A stretch of 64,000 nt of DNA, from assembly GCA_045595165.1 (NCBI GenBank), contig JAZNZY010000021.1, positions 51,382 through 115,381 on the forward strand. The letters are read 5' to 3'. A program made the position numbers and the translations under genes. Under the pieces are notes generated by a model. The model was not told where the DNA came from and did no database searches. It worked only from the letters and a program-made list of their open reading frames with translations. This document shows, piece by piece, positions 8,377 to 19,155 of this stretch. Numbering within the stretch: the stretch's first letter is position 1; every line of letters starts with the position of its first letter. The DNA is from Eubacteriales bacterium (lineage in GTDB: Bacteria > Bacillota > Clostridia > Oscillospirales > CAG-382).

Positions 8377-11300
8377 CTAAAACAGAGATAACTGATCGGT
8401 TTCGGGAAGACCTCCCAAACAGTTATTATTTTTAAGTATTTCCACCACGTTTTTGTTAAGTCCTGCGTTTATGCGCAGTTCTTCAAGGGTGGCGCAATCG
8501 GTTTCGTGTATGGTTTTGTAAATGTTTTCCGCCGCGGTGTCGCCAAGACCGTTAAGGGCTGAAAGAGGCAGACGTATTTTGCCGTCCTCGGGCTTAAAGA
8601 CATATGCTTCGGATTTATATACATCAACGGGTAAAAACTTTATACCCCTCGCATACATCTCACGAACCATCTGCATTACAGTGATGGTGTCCTCGTCCTT
8701 GGCGGTGGTATCCGAAAGGGCTTCCAATTCTTCTATGCGCTTGGATATTACAGAGGGAGAGGACATAGCCAGCTCACTGTCAAATCCCGCATTTTTGGAG
8801 CATTTAACAGTGAAATAGGTTGCATAGAACGCCAAGGGCTCATGTACCTTGTACCAACCCAGACGGATCGCCGATATCATATAGGCGGCGGCGTGGGCTT
8901 TGGGGAACATGTAACGTATCTTGCCAAGGGATTCTATATACCATTCGGGCACGTTTGATGCCCGCATGGTTTCCACCATTCCTTCGGGAATGGGAAGACC
9001 TTTTTTGTTTTTACGGACGAACTCCATGATCTTGAAGGCGCTTTCCTTTTCCACACCCGCATACATAAGATATACCATTATACTGTCACGGGTACCGATA
9101 ATTTCGGATATGGTGCAGGTGCCGTTTTTAATAAGCTCCTGACCGTTGCCCAGCCATATTCCCGTGCCGTGAGAAAGTCCCGAAAGCTGCAAGAGGTCGG
9201 AGAATTTGGTGGGGTGTGCGTCACGTATCATTTCACGAACGTAAGGTGTGCCGCATTCGGGCAGACCGAATGTGCCGAAATCCGAGCCGATCTGATCGGG
9301 AGTAACTCCCAGCGGGCGGGTGGATTCGAACAGCTCCATTGTGGCTCTGTCGTTCATGGGAACGGTGCGCACGTCCCTGCCCGTAAAGGTTTCCAGCCAT
9401 TTGTATATGGTAGGCACATCGTGGCCCAGAATATCCAGCTTAAGCAAGGTATCGTGCAGATATTCAAAAGCGAAGTGGGTGGTGATAACCCCGGAATCGT
9501 CCTTATCCGCAGGGTGCTGTACGGGTGTGAAATCGTATATCTCGTACTGCTTGGGGATAACTACGATACCGCCGGGGTGCTGACCCGTGGTACGCTTTAC
9601 ACCTACAAGTCCGTTTACAAGGCGGTTTTCCTCTGCTTTGGAAAGGTGCTTTCCCTGCTCCTCCAAAAACTTTTTAACGTAGCCGTATGCAGTCTTTGAA
9701 GCGATAGTACCTACCGTGCCCGCACGGAAAATGTTTTCCTTGCCGAACAGAACTTCGGTGTAATGATGGGCTTCGGACTGGTTGTCCGATGAAAAGTTAA
9801 GGTCAATATCCGGCGCTTTTTCCCCGTGGAAGCCGAGGAAGGTTTCAAAGGGGATATCGTGTCCGTCGGATATCATCATTTCCCCGCACTTGGGGCAGAC
9901 TTTATCGGGAAGGTCAAATCCACTGCCCACAGAGCCGTCGGTAAACCATTCGCTGTATTTGCAGGACGGGCATCTGTAATGAGGCGGCAGGGGGTTAACC
10001 TCCGAAACGCCGGAAAAGGTTGCAACTACGGAAGAACCAACCGAACCGCGGGAACCGACAAGGTATCCCGTACGCTCGGAGTTGAGTACCAGCTTTCTGG
10101 CGATAACGTAAAGCACGGAAAATCCGTTTTTAATAATGGATGTAAGCTCTCTGTCAAGACGGTTTTGCACTATTTCGGGAACTTTTCCCTCGTAGCCGTA
10201 CCAATCCATAGCTGTCTGATGGCAGGAGGTGGTAAGCTCCTCTTCTGCCCCCTCGATCTCGGGAGTATAGGTTCCGTCGGGAATGGGCTTTATGGAACCG
10301 TCGATCATATCGGCAATCTTTTGCGGGTTGTCTATTACGACTTCCTCCGCTCTATCACCCAGATACGCAAATTCCTCCAGCATTTCCTCGGTGGTGCGGA
10401 GATACAATTTGCTTTCGCGCATGGCGTCCTTGTATTTAAGTCCCACCTGCATTATCTGGCGGTAGATTTCATCATCGGGATCTATAAAATGAGCGTCCCC
10501 CGTGGCACAGACAGGCTTTTTCAGCTTATCGCCGATACGGAGTATCTGCTTGTTTATCTCCTCTAATCTGCCGTAATCCGAGAGAGTTCCTTCGTCTATA
10601 AGAAAGGAGTTGTTGGCTTTTGGCATTATCTCAAGGTAATCGTAAAACTTTGCGATACGCTCAAGCTCGGAATTGGGCTTACCGTCCAGAATGCCTCGGA
10701 ACAATTCGCCCGCTTCGCAGGCAGAGCCGATAATAAGTCCTTCACGGTGCGCGTCAAGCACCGTTTTGGGTATACGGGGATTGCGGTGGTAATAATCCAG
10801 ATAAGACTGGGATATGAGCTGATACAGATTGCGGAGTCCCGCTGAATTTTTAACAAGTATGGTGATATGGTATGCGCGGAGCTTTTTGGGGTCGCTGTTT
10901 GCCGCCATTGCCATATTCATTTCTTCCACGTTTCTTATGCCCTGCTTGCGGAGTCTTTCCGCCATACAGGAAAAGATGGCGCCCAGCATCGCAGTATCGT
11001 CGGTCGCGCGGTGGTGGTTGAATTCGCCAAGGTTATAATAATTGCCGATAGAATCAAGAGTATGCTTGTTAAGATCGGAATTTATATATCTGGAGAGAGG
11101 CAAAGTATCAAGATATGGGTTTGTAAACTTTATTTTATGAATTTCGCACGCCTTGCGGATAAAGCCGATATCAAAATTTGCGTTGTGGGCAACCAAAATT
11201 CTGCCCCCCGCAAATTCAAGGAATGCTTTTACAGCTTCCTTTACCTTGGGTGCGCCCTTTACCGTTTCCGCGGAAATTCCCGTAAGACGGGTAATGTTTT

Positions 11301-12786
11301 CGGGAATAGGCATTTCGGGGTCAACGTATGTACCGAAGGTATCTATTATCTCCCCGCCCTTGTAAAGGGATGCGCCGATTTCGGTTATGGCGCAGTCCAC
11401 GGGGGAAAGTCCCGTGGTTTCTATATCGAATATAATAAACTCGGTTTCGTCAAAAACACATTCTTTTGGGTTTTTAACTCCGAAAACCGCGCGGGCGGTA
11501 TCGTCTACCAGATATCCCTCCATACCGTAAATAGGTTTTACGTCGGGATATTTTTTCCGCGCTTTCATTATCATAGGGTACGCCTGCACGTTGCCGTGGT
11601 CGGTAATTGCCACAGCGTTCCAACCCCAGGCGGATGCGGTAGCCATAACCGTTTCGGGATCGGACAAAGCGTCGTTGGCGGACATTGCGGTGTGAAGATG
11701 CAGTTCCGTACGCTTGCGGGGATATTTATCCTTACGGCGCAGACGCTTTATTTTATTTATTTTTTCTACACGGATAACCGTTTCTTTTTCGTAATCATCA
11801 TAAGCCGCCTTGCCCTCTATAAGCAGTGCCGCACCGGGCTTGGGGGCGGAAAACTCCGTATCCTCTTTGTTTACGGAAAAACGGAGCATAACGGAAGCCT
11901 CTCCGTCGGTTATATAAGCCTTGTAATTGGTCTTGCTTCCGTCACGGGACTCCTTGTCCTCGATCTGGAACATCTCGCCGCAGATACACACGGGAATACG
12001 CTTGGAATAGGTGCGTCCCTCGCCGTTTACTGTGGGCTCTATATGTATTTCCTTTATGGCAAAGGGCTCTTTGCGGATAAGCTCCTTGAAGATGGGAGCG
12101 CGCTCTGTAAGATCGAAATGCATATTTCCGATCTGAGTACCGCCGATACCGTATTTATCCTCGGTATCCTCCACGGTTTTAAAGAAGCTGTCCTTGGTTT
12201 CCACTTCCTTGGGAGCGCGGTTTTTCTCGTACTCGGCATAATCCGCCTTTGCCTGCCGCTCCAAAGCGCGGGTATCAAAAACGGGGACGTAATCGTAATT
12301 TTCGTCCTCTTCGAAAACGAAGGTTATATTCTGTCCGAACTGGGCAAAAACACATTCGGAAAAGAATTTTCCCGCCCCTGACATATCCATTAAAGCGGAG
12401 GATATGCCCTTGCGGAGTTTTATTGTAACCAACGCTTTTTCTCTGTCATAGGAATAATCGTATTTATCCATTCCACCTCTGCCCAAGGTGATATTCGCTC
12501 TGTTGGCGTACAGCTTTACCAATTCCGACATATAATCGGTGGCAAAGGTACAGCCCTCGTAAACGGGCAAAACCAGACAATAATTAAGGCGCAAAGCGGA
12601 GGTAACGGTTTTCTCTATATCAAACAGTCTGTCTGCTGAAACGGGCATAGGAAAATAAAGCTCCATTTTAAGACCGTTGCCTGCGCGGTCTATTTGCAGC
12701 TTATAATCCGTGGCATTTTTAAGCAGCGATCTTTGCTCATCGGTAAAGGACACCTTGGCGAACTGCTTGTAAAACCGTTCATTCAT
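8377..12786 (-). CDS. polC: PolC-type DNA polymerase III alpha subunit
   Basis: 1469 aa. PHP domain (ELHLHTAMSANDA), internal DEDD exonuclease (FIIFDIETTGL, HNANFDIGF) and polymerase core. Confidence 0.95.
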   Translation of the reverse strand: MNERFYKQFAKVSFTDEQRSLLKNATDYKLQIDRAGNGLKMELYFPMPVSADRLFDIEKTVTSALRLNYCLVLPVYEGCTFATDYMSELVKLYANRANITLGRGGMDKYDYSYDREKALVTIKLRKGISSALMDMSGAGKFFSECVFAQFGQNITFVFEEDENYDYVPVFDTRALERQAKADYAEYEKNRAPKEVETKDSFFKTVEDTEDKYGIGGTQIGNMHFDLTERAPIFKELIRKEPFAIKEIHIEPTVNGEGRTYSKRIPVCICGEMFQIEDKESRDGSKTNYKAYITDGEASVMLRFSVNKEDTEFSAPKPGAALLIEGKAAYDDYEKETVIRVEKINKIKRLRRKDKYPRKRTELHLHTAMSANDALSDPETVMATASAWGWNAVAITDHGNVQAYPMIMKARKKYPDVKPIYGMEGYLVDDTARAVFGVKNPKECVFDETEFIIFDIETTGLSPVDCAITEIGASLYKGGEIIDTFGTYVDPEMPIPENITRLTGISAETVKGAPKVKEAVKAFLEFAGGRILVAHNANFDIGFIRKACEIHKIKFTNPYLDTLPLSRYINSDLNKHTLDSIGNYYNLGEFNHHRATDDTAMLGAIFSCMAERLRKQGIRNVEEMNMAMAANSDPKKLRAYHITILVKNSAGLRNLYQLISQSYLDYYHRNPRIPKTVLDAHREGLIIGSACEAGELFRGILDGKPNSELERIAKFYDYLEIMPKANNSFLIDEGTLSDYGRLEEINKQILRIGDKLKKPVCATGDAHFIDPDDEIYRQIMQVGLKYKDAMRESKLYLRTTEEMLEEFAYLGDRAEEVVIDNPQKIADMIDGSIKPIPDGTYTPEIEGAEEELTTSCHQTAMDWYGYEGKVPEIVQNRLDRELTSIIKNGFSVLYVIARKLVLNSERTGYLVGSRGSVGSSVVATFSGVSEVNPLPPHYRCPSCKYSEWFTDGSVGSGFDLPDKVCPKCGEMMISDGHDIPFETFLGFHGEKAPDIDLNFSSDNQSEAHHYTEVLFGKENIFRAGTVGTIASKTAYGYVKKFLEEQGKHLSKAEENRLVNGLVGVKRTTGQHPGGIVVIPKQYEIYDFTPVQHPADKDDSGVITTHFAFEYLHDTLLKLDILGHDVPTIYKWLETFTGRDVRTVPMNDRATMELFESTRPLGVTPDQIGSDFGTFGLPECGTPYVREMIRDAHPTKFSDLLQLSGLSHGTGIWLGNGQELIKNGTCTISEIIGTRDSIMVYLMYAGVEKESAFKIMEFVRKNKKGLPIPEGMVETMRASNVPEWYIESLGKIRYMFPKAHAAAYMISAIRLGWYKVHEPLAFYATYFTVKCSKNAGFDSELAMSSPSVISKRIEELEALSDTTAKDEDTITVMQMVREMYARGIKFLPVDVYKSEAYVFKPEDGKIRLPLSALNGLGDTAAENIYKTIHETDCATLEELRINAGLNKNVVEILKNNNCLGGLPETDQLSLF

Positions 12787-13846
12787 TGATTATCCTCATT
12801 ATCTCGTCTTTAAGTACTGTTTCTATCTCTTGTTCTTTTATCTTGCCGATAACTTCACCCTTGCGGAAGAGTACGGCTTCCCCGTTTCCTCCCGCAATAC
12901 CTACGTCAGCCTCTCTCGCTTCGCCGGGGCCGTTTACCACACAGACCATTACGGCGACGGTAACGTATTTATCCGTTTTTATTCCCTCGCACAGCTTTTC
13001 CACACGGGAAGCAAGGGGAATAAGGTCAATTTTCGTTCTGCCGCAGGTGGGGCAGGAAACCACGTTTATACCGCTTTCCAAACCCATTACACGCAAAATT
13101 CGGTGGCCTGCGTACACCTCTTTCACCGGGTCCGCTGTTAAGGAAACCCTTAAGGTATCTCCTATTCCCTTCGCCAGAAGGGCGCCGATACCGATAGCGT
13201 TTCTTATAGTTCCGTTTTCCACGCCCCCCGCTTCGGTAACGCCGAGATGCAAAGGATAATCGCAACTTGACGCAATAATCTCATTTGCACGGATCATTTT
13301 TGAAACGTCGGAGCTTTTTGCGGAAAGGACTATGTTGTTAAAATCGTATTTTTCAAGCATTTTGGCGTTGTTCAGGGCGGATTCGGCAATAGCCTCCGCC
13401 GTGGGACCGCCGTATTTAATGAGCATTTCCTTTTCAAGGCTGCCGCCGTTTATGCCGATACGAATGGGTATATTCTTTTGGTTGCACACGCGGGCAACGG
13501 CTTTTACGTTTTCCTCTGCCCCTATATTGCCGGGGTTGATACGGATCTTGTCTATTCCCGCTTCCGCCGCCTCTAAAGCCAGACGGTAATCGAAATGGAT
13601 ATCCGCAACCAGAGGCATATCCGTAACCGCTTTATACAAAGGGATAGCGCGCACCGCGTCCATACTGTTTACCGCAAAGCGCAGGATGTGACACCCTGCG
13701 GAGCACAGCTCTTTTATTTGCTTTATTACTCTTTCCGTATCTGCCGTGTCTATGTTTGACATAGACTGGACGGCGATCGTGTTGCCGCCGCCGATAGTAA
13801 GTGAGCCTATCTTAACGGTACGGGAAATGCGTTTATGTTCGTTCAT
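12779..13846 (-). CDS. ispG: 4-hydroxy-3-methylbut-2-en-1-yl diphosphate synthase
   Basis: RTVKIGSLTIGGGNTIAVQSMSN, and the C-terminal Fe-S motif VSCPTCGRT...VNGPGE. Confidence 0.92.
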   Translation of the reverse strand: MNEHKRISRTVKIGSLTIGGGNTIAVQSMSNIDTADTERVIKQIKELCSAGCHILRFAVNSMDAVRAIPLYKAVTDMPLVADIHFDYRLALEAAEAGIDKIRINPGNIGAEENVKAVARVCNQKNIPIRIGINGGSLEKEMLIKYGGPTAEAIAESALNNAKMLEKYDFNNIVLSAKSSDVSKMIRANEIIASSCDYPLHLGVTEAGGVENGTIRNAIGIGALLAKGIGDTLRVSLTADPVKEVYAGHRILRVMGLESGINVVSCPTCGRTKIDLIPLASRVEKLCEGIKTDKYVTVAVMVCVVNGPGEAREADVGIAGGNGEAVLFRKGEVIGKIKEQEIETVLKDEIMRIINE

Positions 13847-14835
13847 AGTTTCTTTTCGTAAATATCAAAATTTCTGGGAGTGTAAAATTCCCTGATTACA
13901 TCTTCTCTTTTCGTGTATCGTGCCAGTATCCACATCAATTTTGCCAACGCGGATTCGTGGGTCATATCATAGGCTTCCAGAAGACCGAGATCCTCTTTTA
14001 TCTGCTTGCCAACACGGTAGACCGCCATATCGCTTCCCTCGTTAAGCACCTGAGTGGTGATGACCACGGTAACGCCCTTTTTAACGCCTGCCCGTATCAC
14101 CTCTTCAAAGCCGCCCTCTGCGGGAATACCGCCCACGCCGTAGGTTTCGATAATAACCGCATCGCTGTTATCCATCATATATTTAAGTGCGCCGCTGTCC
14201 ATAGAAGGTGCCAGGGTGCAGACGGAAACGCGGGTGTTGAGAGAATCAAAAAACTCTTTTTCCCGTTTTTCCCGCTTTATATAATGGCGGACCTGCCCTT
14301 CGGAAACACGGGCAACCTCCGGGTAATTTATAGAAGAAAATGCGTTGTAGCTTTTGGAGCGTGTCTTTTTTGCACGGGTACCCAAGATCACTTTACCGTC
14401 AAAAACGATATTAACCCCCGAAGCATCGTCATCCGAAGCGTAGACAAAGCTATCGTAAAGATTTACACGGGCATCTGTGTTTTCCATATCCACAGGCTTT
14501 TGGGCGCCCGTTATAACCACGGGTTTGGGGGAGGAAAGCAGGAGATAAGACAATGCGGCGGCTGTATACGCCATTGTATCCGTGCCGTGAGTGATGACGA
14601 ATCCATCGTACTTTTCGTAATTTTCCTTTACGGCGTTTGCCATTCCCACCCAATGATGGGGGCGGATATCCGTGGAATCCAGATTATAAAGCTGTAAAGT
14701 GTCCGCAACGCAGACGTCCTTTACGTCGGGCACGTATTTAAGCAAATCACTGCTGCCCAAAAGAGGCTTTAAACCCTCGGGTGTTCTGCGGCAGGCAATA
14801 GTGCCGCCCGTGGCGATCATAAGAATTTTCTTCAT
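13843..14835 (-). CDS. ansA: type I L-asparaginase
   Basis: MKKILMIATGGTIA (active-site TGGTIA) and HGTDTMAYTAAAL. 330 aa. Its stop overlaps the ispG start (ATGA). Confidence 0.85.
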   Translation of the reverse strand: MKKILMIATGGTIACRRTPEGLKPLLGSSDLLKYVPDVKDVCVADTLQLYNLDSTDIRPHHWVGMANAVKENYEKYDGFVITHGTDTMAYTAAALSYLLLSSPKPVVITGAQKPVDMENTDARVNLYDSFVYASDDDASGVNIVFDGKVILGTRAKKTRSKSYNAFSSINYPEVARVSEGQVRHYIKREKREKEFFDSLNTRVSVCTLAPSMDSGALKYMMDNSDAVIIETYGVGGIPAEGGFEEVIRAGVKKGVTVVITTQVLNEGSDMAVYRVGKQIKEDLGLLEAYDMTHESALAKLMWILARYTKREDVIREFYTPRNFDIYEKKL

Positions 14836-14850
14836 AAAAATCCTTCTGTT

Positions 14851-15942
14851 TTAAAAAAGTTTTATAATATCCTTAAAGGTTATAAGCACCATAAGCAGGA
14901 GAAGCAGTCCCATACTTACTGAAATTGCAATAGTAACCGCTTTTTCGGGCAGTCTTCTGCCGATAATTCCCTCGATAGCGTAAATTACAAACCGTCCGCC
15001 GTCCAACGCCGGAAGGGGGATAAGGTTGAATATACCCAGGGAAAGGGAAATAAGCACCATAAAATTAAGCAGATTTTCCACGATAACGCCGATACTCTCG
15101 CCCGTGGAGATAACGTCGTTCATAGCGTCGCCCATACCCACAACTCCGGATACGCCGGAAATTCCGTATCTGCCGGTAACCGTATCCAAAAAGCCCTGAA
15201 CGGTGGTGCGTATGGTGGAAATGGGCTGCCAGAAGGCTTCATAGCACACGTTGGCAAAGGTCTTATCCTTGCGGTAGACCAAAAAGTCCATAGAGCCGTA
15301 CTTCACGCCGTCCATTTCGTCCACGGGGAAGCAAACGTCTTTAAGCTCAACCGTTTCGCCATCTCTTTCAACCACAAGGTCAACGGGCTCGTTGCCCATG
15401 GTGGTGAGATAATACGCCATATCGTAATAAACGAAAATTCTCTTTCCGTTTATTTTTATAATTTTATCGTTTTCCTGCAGACCGTATTCACCCGATATAT
15501 TTACGGGAAGTCCTTTTTCCTCGCTTACCGCTTCATCAACCAGCTGGGCTACGGTAGTAGAGCCGATAACATCGGTGGAAATCACAAGTCCCACCATTAA
15601 AAGCACGCTTAAAAGCACGTTCATAAAGGGGCCCGCAAGGACGATCACCATTTTCTGCCAGGTCTTTATATCGTTAATGCTGGGCTTGCCCCGATGCTCC
15701 TCGGGAATTTCGGTATCGTCTTCGCCGATCATACTGACAAAACCGCCGATAGGCAGGGCACGGATAGAAAAATCGTTGTATTTGCCCTTCTTTTTAAAGA
15801 GCACGGGACCCATACCGATGGAAAATTCCATTATACCCACCTTAAAGGCACGGGCGGCAAGATAATGTCCCCCTTCGTGAACGAGGACGAGTATTCCCAG
15901 CATAAGAACGGTAACCACTACCGTAATAAGTGTATTAGCCAA
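14851..15942 (-). CDS. rseP: RIP metalloprotease RseP (M50 family, PDZ domain)
   Basis: HEGGHYLAARAF zinc motif, central PDZ-like segment, LPALDGG motif, multiple TM segments. Confidence 0.9.
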   Translation of the reverse strand: MANTLITVVVTVLMLGILVLVHEGGHYLAARAFKVGIMEFSIGMGPVLFKKKGKYNDFSIRALPIGGFVSMIGEDDTEIPEEHRGKPSINDIKTWQKMVIVLAGPFMNVLLSVLLMVGLVISTDVIGSTTVAQLVDEAVSEEKGLPVNISGEYGLQENDKIIKINGKRIFVYYDMAYYLTTMGNEPVDLVVERDGETVELKDVCFPVDEMDGVKYGSMDFLVYRKDKTFANVCYEAFWQPISTIRTTVQGFLDTVTGRYGISGVSGVVGMGDAMNDVISTGESIGVIVENLLNFMVLISLSLGIFNLIPLPALDGGRFVIYAIEGIIGRRLPEKAVTIAISVSMGLLLLLMVLITFKDIIKLF

Positions 15943-15944
15943 TA

Positions 15945-17069
15945 TCAGTATTCCTCCGCGACCGCGTTTCTTGCCGCGCGGTCTGTTTCAAAAATATCTT
16001 CCACGGTGGGATTTTTAATAAAGGACGCCTTTTGGTACGCCTTTTCCACCACGCGGAAAATTTCGGTAAAGCCAATTTTTTTGCGTAAAAACGCATCCAC
16101 TGCCGCCTCGTTTGCGCCGTTGACCGCCGCGGGCAGGTTTCCGCCCCGTGTGATGGCTTCACGGCAAAGGGGAAGCAGGGTAAATGTATCTTCATCGGGC
16201 AAAGCAAAGGTAAGGGTGGAAAGGGTAGAAAAATCCAATTCCTTTGCAAGTCCTTCTTTTCTTTCGGGGTAAGTAAGGGCGTACTGTATGCAGGTGCGCA
16301 TATCCGGTGCGCCGCATTGGGCAAGCACGGCGTTATCCTCGTACTGAACCATAGAATGTACTATGGACTGGCGATGGACAAGCACCTGAATCTGATCGGG
16401 GCGCACATCAAAAAGCTGTACCGCTTCGATCAATTCCAGCCCTTTGTTCATAAGTGTTGCGGAATCTATGGTTATTTTTTTGCCCATATTCCAGGTAGGA
16501 TGGGCCAAAGCATCCTCGGGAGTGACCGTATCCAGCCTTTCCCTGCTCCAACCGTAAAAGGGTCCGCCGGATGCGGTGAGGAGTATTTTTTTCACCTTGT
16601 TTCCGTCAAGACACTGGAAAATGGCGGAATGCTCCGAATCCACGGGGAGAATTTTCGCCCCCGTCTTTTTTGCCATGGCGTTTACAAGGTCGCCTCCCGT
16701 AACCATACTTTCCTTGTTGGCGAGGCAAAGCGTCTTGCCTGCTTCCAGAACGGAAAGGGAGGAACGGAGCCCTGCAATACCCGTTACGGCGTTAAGCACG
16801 GTATCTCCCTCGCACTCTGCCGCGATACAGTGAAGCTCACTCTCCCCCACCACCTTAACGCTTGTATCCGCAAGGCGGGTTTTAAGGTCAGAGAGATATT
16901 CCTCCCCTGCTATTGCATAGAGGGGAGAAAATTCACGGCAAAGGGATTCTAATAATTTTACGTTGGAATGTCCGCTTAAAGCGGTAACCCGCATTCCGTG
17001 GCGGCGAGCCACGTCGCAGGTCTGTGTTCCGATAGAGCCGGTGGCTCCCAGAATTATCAAGCTTTTCAT
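15945..17069 (-). CDS. dxr: 1-deoxy-D-xylulose-5-phosphate reductoisomerase
   Basis: ILGATGSIGTQT NADPH motif, LANKESMV, DSEHSAIFQC. Confidence 0.93.
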   Translation of the reverse strand: MKSLIILGATGSIGTQTCDVARRHGMRVTALSGHSNVKLLESLCREFSPLYAIAGEEYLSDLKTRLADTSVKVVGESELHCIAAECEGDTVLNAVTGIAGLRSSLSVLEAGKTLCLANKESMVTGGDLVNAMAKKTGAKILPVDSEHSAIFQCLDGNKVKKILLTASGGPFYGWSRERLDTVTPEDALAHPTWNMGKKITIDSATLMNKGLELIEAVQLFDVRPDQIQVLVHRQSIVHSMVQYEDNAVLAQCGAPDMRTCIQYALTYPERKEGLAKELDFSTLSTLTFALPDEDTFTLLPLCREAITRGGNLPAAVNGANEAAVDAFLRKKIGFTEIFRVVEKAYQKASFIKNPTVEDIFETDRAARNAVAEEY

Positions 17070-17077
17070 ATTTTAAT

Positions 17078-17866
17078 TTATACCACAAAAAAAGTAAGCA
17101 AAAATGCGAATATTGCGGTAGGAAGGATGCTATCGCACCTGTCCATAACACCGCCGTGGCCGGGAAGCAGGTTGCCGTAATCCTTCACGCCGCAGTTGCG
17201 CTTTACAACGGATGCGGAAAGGTCGCCTAATTGAATTATAATTCCTGCGGGGACCGCCAGCAGACCGAACAAAACATAGCTGTAATCACAGCCCAGCCAA
17301 GTGTTTACGATAAACAGATATACCAGCGTGACCAGCATAGTGCCCGTCATACTGCCGATAGCGCCCGCAACCGTCTTTTTTGGAGATATCTTGGGGCAAA
17401 GCTTCTTTTTGCCGAACAGCTTTCCCGTATACATAGCCATTGCATCGCTTACCCAAGGGGCGATGAATACCAAAAGATACAACTTAGGCCAAGTATCTCT
17501 CAATGCAACCACGCTGTATAAACCCAGGGCGATATAAAAGCCCATAAAGCCGATATAGGAAAGATCGTTTATATTTGTTTTTCCATAATAAAATACGCCG
17601 GAAAACCAGATATATACCAAAAAGACAAGGGTTGCCGCCAAAAACCATTTAAGGTCTATTCTTGCGGCAAAGGGTGCAAAGCCCACGTAAAAGGCGGAGG
17701 GCACCCAAAGATAATATTTTTTGTTAAGCCCTTTGCATCTGCTCGTTTCCCATACGCACATAACACCTGCCAACGCTAAAAAGATTGGGTATGCGGGGGT
17801 GTGGGAAAACACCAGCACGGGCACGAAAACGGCAAGGAGCACCAAAGCCGTGAGTATTCGCTTCAT
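17078..17866 (-). CDS. cdsA: phosphatidate cytidylyltransferase
   Basis: Multi-TM protein with the C-terminal CDS signature SVVKRNCGVKDYGNLLPGHGGVMDRCDS. Start moved to MKRILTAL (ATG 17866), giving an ATGA overlap with the uppS stop. The upstream extension in the ORF track is rejected. Confidence 0.88.
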   Translation of the reverse strand: MKRILTALVLLAVFVPVLVFSHTPAYPIFLALAGVMCVWETSRCKGLNKKYYLWVPSAFYVGFAPFAARIDLKWFLAATLVFLVYIWFSGVFYYGKTNINDLSYIGFMGFYIALGLYSVVALRDTWPKLYLLVFIAPWVSDAMAMYTGKLFGKKKLCPKISPKKTVAGAIGSMTGTMLVTLVYLFIVNTWLGCDYSYVLFGLLAVPAGIIIQLGDLSASVVKRNCGVKDYGNLLPGHGGVMDRCDSILPTAIFAFLLTFFVV

Positions 17867-18573
17867 TTTTTCGTTTCTCCTTCCGTTCCGCCGAAACGGC
17901 GCGATCTGCCCGAATACCATTTGATGGCATCCATAAGAGTATCTTTATTAAAATCGGGCCAGAGCACGTCTGTAAAATACATTTCGCTGTAGGCGCACTG
18001 CCACAGCAGGAAATTGGAAATGCGTATTTCCCCTCCCGTGCGGATCATCAGCTCGGGATCGGGCATAGATGCGGTATACAGATATTCGGAAATGTCATTT
18101 TCCGTAACGTTCTTTTTACCCGAGGCGATAAGTTCGTTTACCGCCCTCGTTATATCCGCTCTGCCTCCGTAGGAAAGGCATATATTGACTTTAAGACCGG
18201 TGTTGTTTTCCGACGCCTTTATGCTTTCCTCCAGCGCTTTGCGGGTATCCTCATCGAAGCGGTGCATTTCACCCAGCACCCGAAGACGGATATTGTTTTC
18301 CGTCAGTTTGGGAACATAACTGCTTACGGAATTTTTTATAATTCCCGTAAGGGTATCCACCTCTTCCGCCGAGCGGGACCAGTTTTCCGTAGAAAAAGCA
18401 TAGACGGTAAGATATTCAACGCCCAATTTACCGCAAGCATCGGCAACAGACACAAAGGTATCGAACCCTTTTTTATGGCCGTAGCCGGTGGGCATAAGCC
18501 TGCGCTTTGCCCACCTGCGGTTGCCGTCCATTATTATTGCGATATGACGCGGGATCTTTATATCATCCGCCAT
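17863..18573 (-). CDS. uppS: isoprenyl transferase (undecaprenyl diphosphate synthase)
   Basis: HIAIIMDGNRRWA, FSTENWSR, RTGGEIRISNFLLWQ. Confidence 0.93.
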   Translation of the reverse strand: MADDIKIPRHIAIIMDGNRRWAKRRLMPTGYGHKKGFDTFVSVADACGKLGVEYLTVYAFSTENWSRSAEEVDTLTGIIKNSVSSYVPKLTENNIRLRVLGEMHRFDEDTRKALEESIKASENNTGLKVNICLSYGGRADITRAVNELIASGKKNVTENDISEYLYTASMPDPELMIRTGGEIRISNFLLWQCAYSEMYFTDVLWPDFNKDTLMDAIKWYSGRSRRFGGTEGETKK

Positions 18574-18575
18574 AA

Positions 18576-19130
18576 TTAAAGTTCCATTATTTCCTTTTCT
18601 TTTTTGCTTACCACAGCATCAACTTCCTTGATATACTTATCGGTAAGATCCTGAACGCTCTTTTCGGAGGACTTCTGTTCGTCCTCGGTCATTTCGCCGT
18701 TCTTCTTCATAGTCTTGCAAGCGTCGTTTGCATCTCTGCGGATGTTACGGAGAGCAACCTTGCCCTCTTCGCCCATCTTGGTAACCTGCTTAACCAGTTC
18801 TTTTCTGCGCTCTTCGTTGAGAGAAGGGAACGCAAGGCGGATGCACTTACCGTCGTTCTGGGGAGTGATGCCCAGATCGGAAGCCTGCACTGCCTTTTCG
18901 ATAGGCTTAAGCATATTTGCTTCCCAAGGAGTGATAACCAGCGTACGGGGATCGGGAGCTTTTACGGTAGCAACGCCATCGATAGACGTGGGAGAGCCGT
19001 AATAATCCACTCTTATCTTATCAAGGAGCTTGGCGGAAGCCTTGCCGACACGGATACCGCCGAATTCGTCTTCCAGAACGGCGATACTCTTTTTCATTTT
19101 CTCTTCATAGGGTTTAAGGTCAAGCTTCAT
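18576..19130 (-). CDS. frr: ribosome recycling factor
   Basis: 184 aa with typical RRF sequence (IRVDYYGSPTSI..., RNIRRDAND). Confidence 0.93.
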   Translation of the reverse strand: MKLDLKPYEEKMKKSIAVLEDEFGGIRVGKASAKLLDKIRVDYYGSPTSIDGVATVKAPDPRTLVITPWEANMLKPIEKAVQASDLGITPQNDGKCIRLAFPSLNEERRKELVKQVTKMGEEGKVALRNIRRDANDACKTMKKNGEMTEDEQKSSEKSVQDLTDKYIKEVDAVVSKKEKEIMEL

Positions 19131-19155
19131 TTTTGTTTCCTCCGTTTATGTTTTT

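Noticed and set aside
10867-12381. A 504-aa ORF antisense to polC.
   Set aside because: It lies entirely inside the well-supported polC gene on the opposite strand. It has no RBS and no recognisable domains, so it is a codon-bias shadow.
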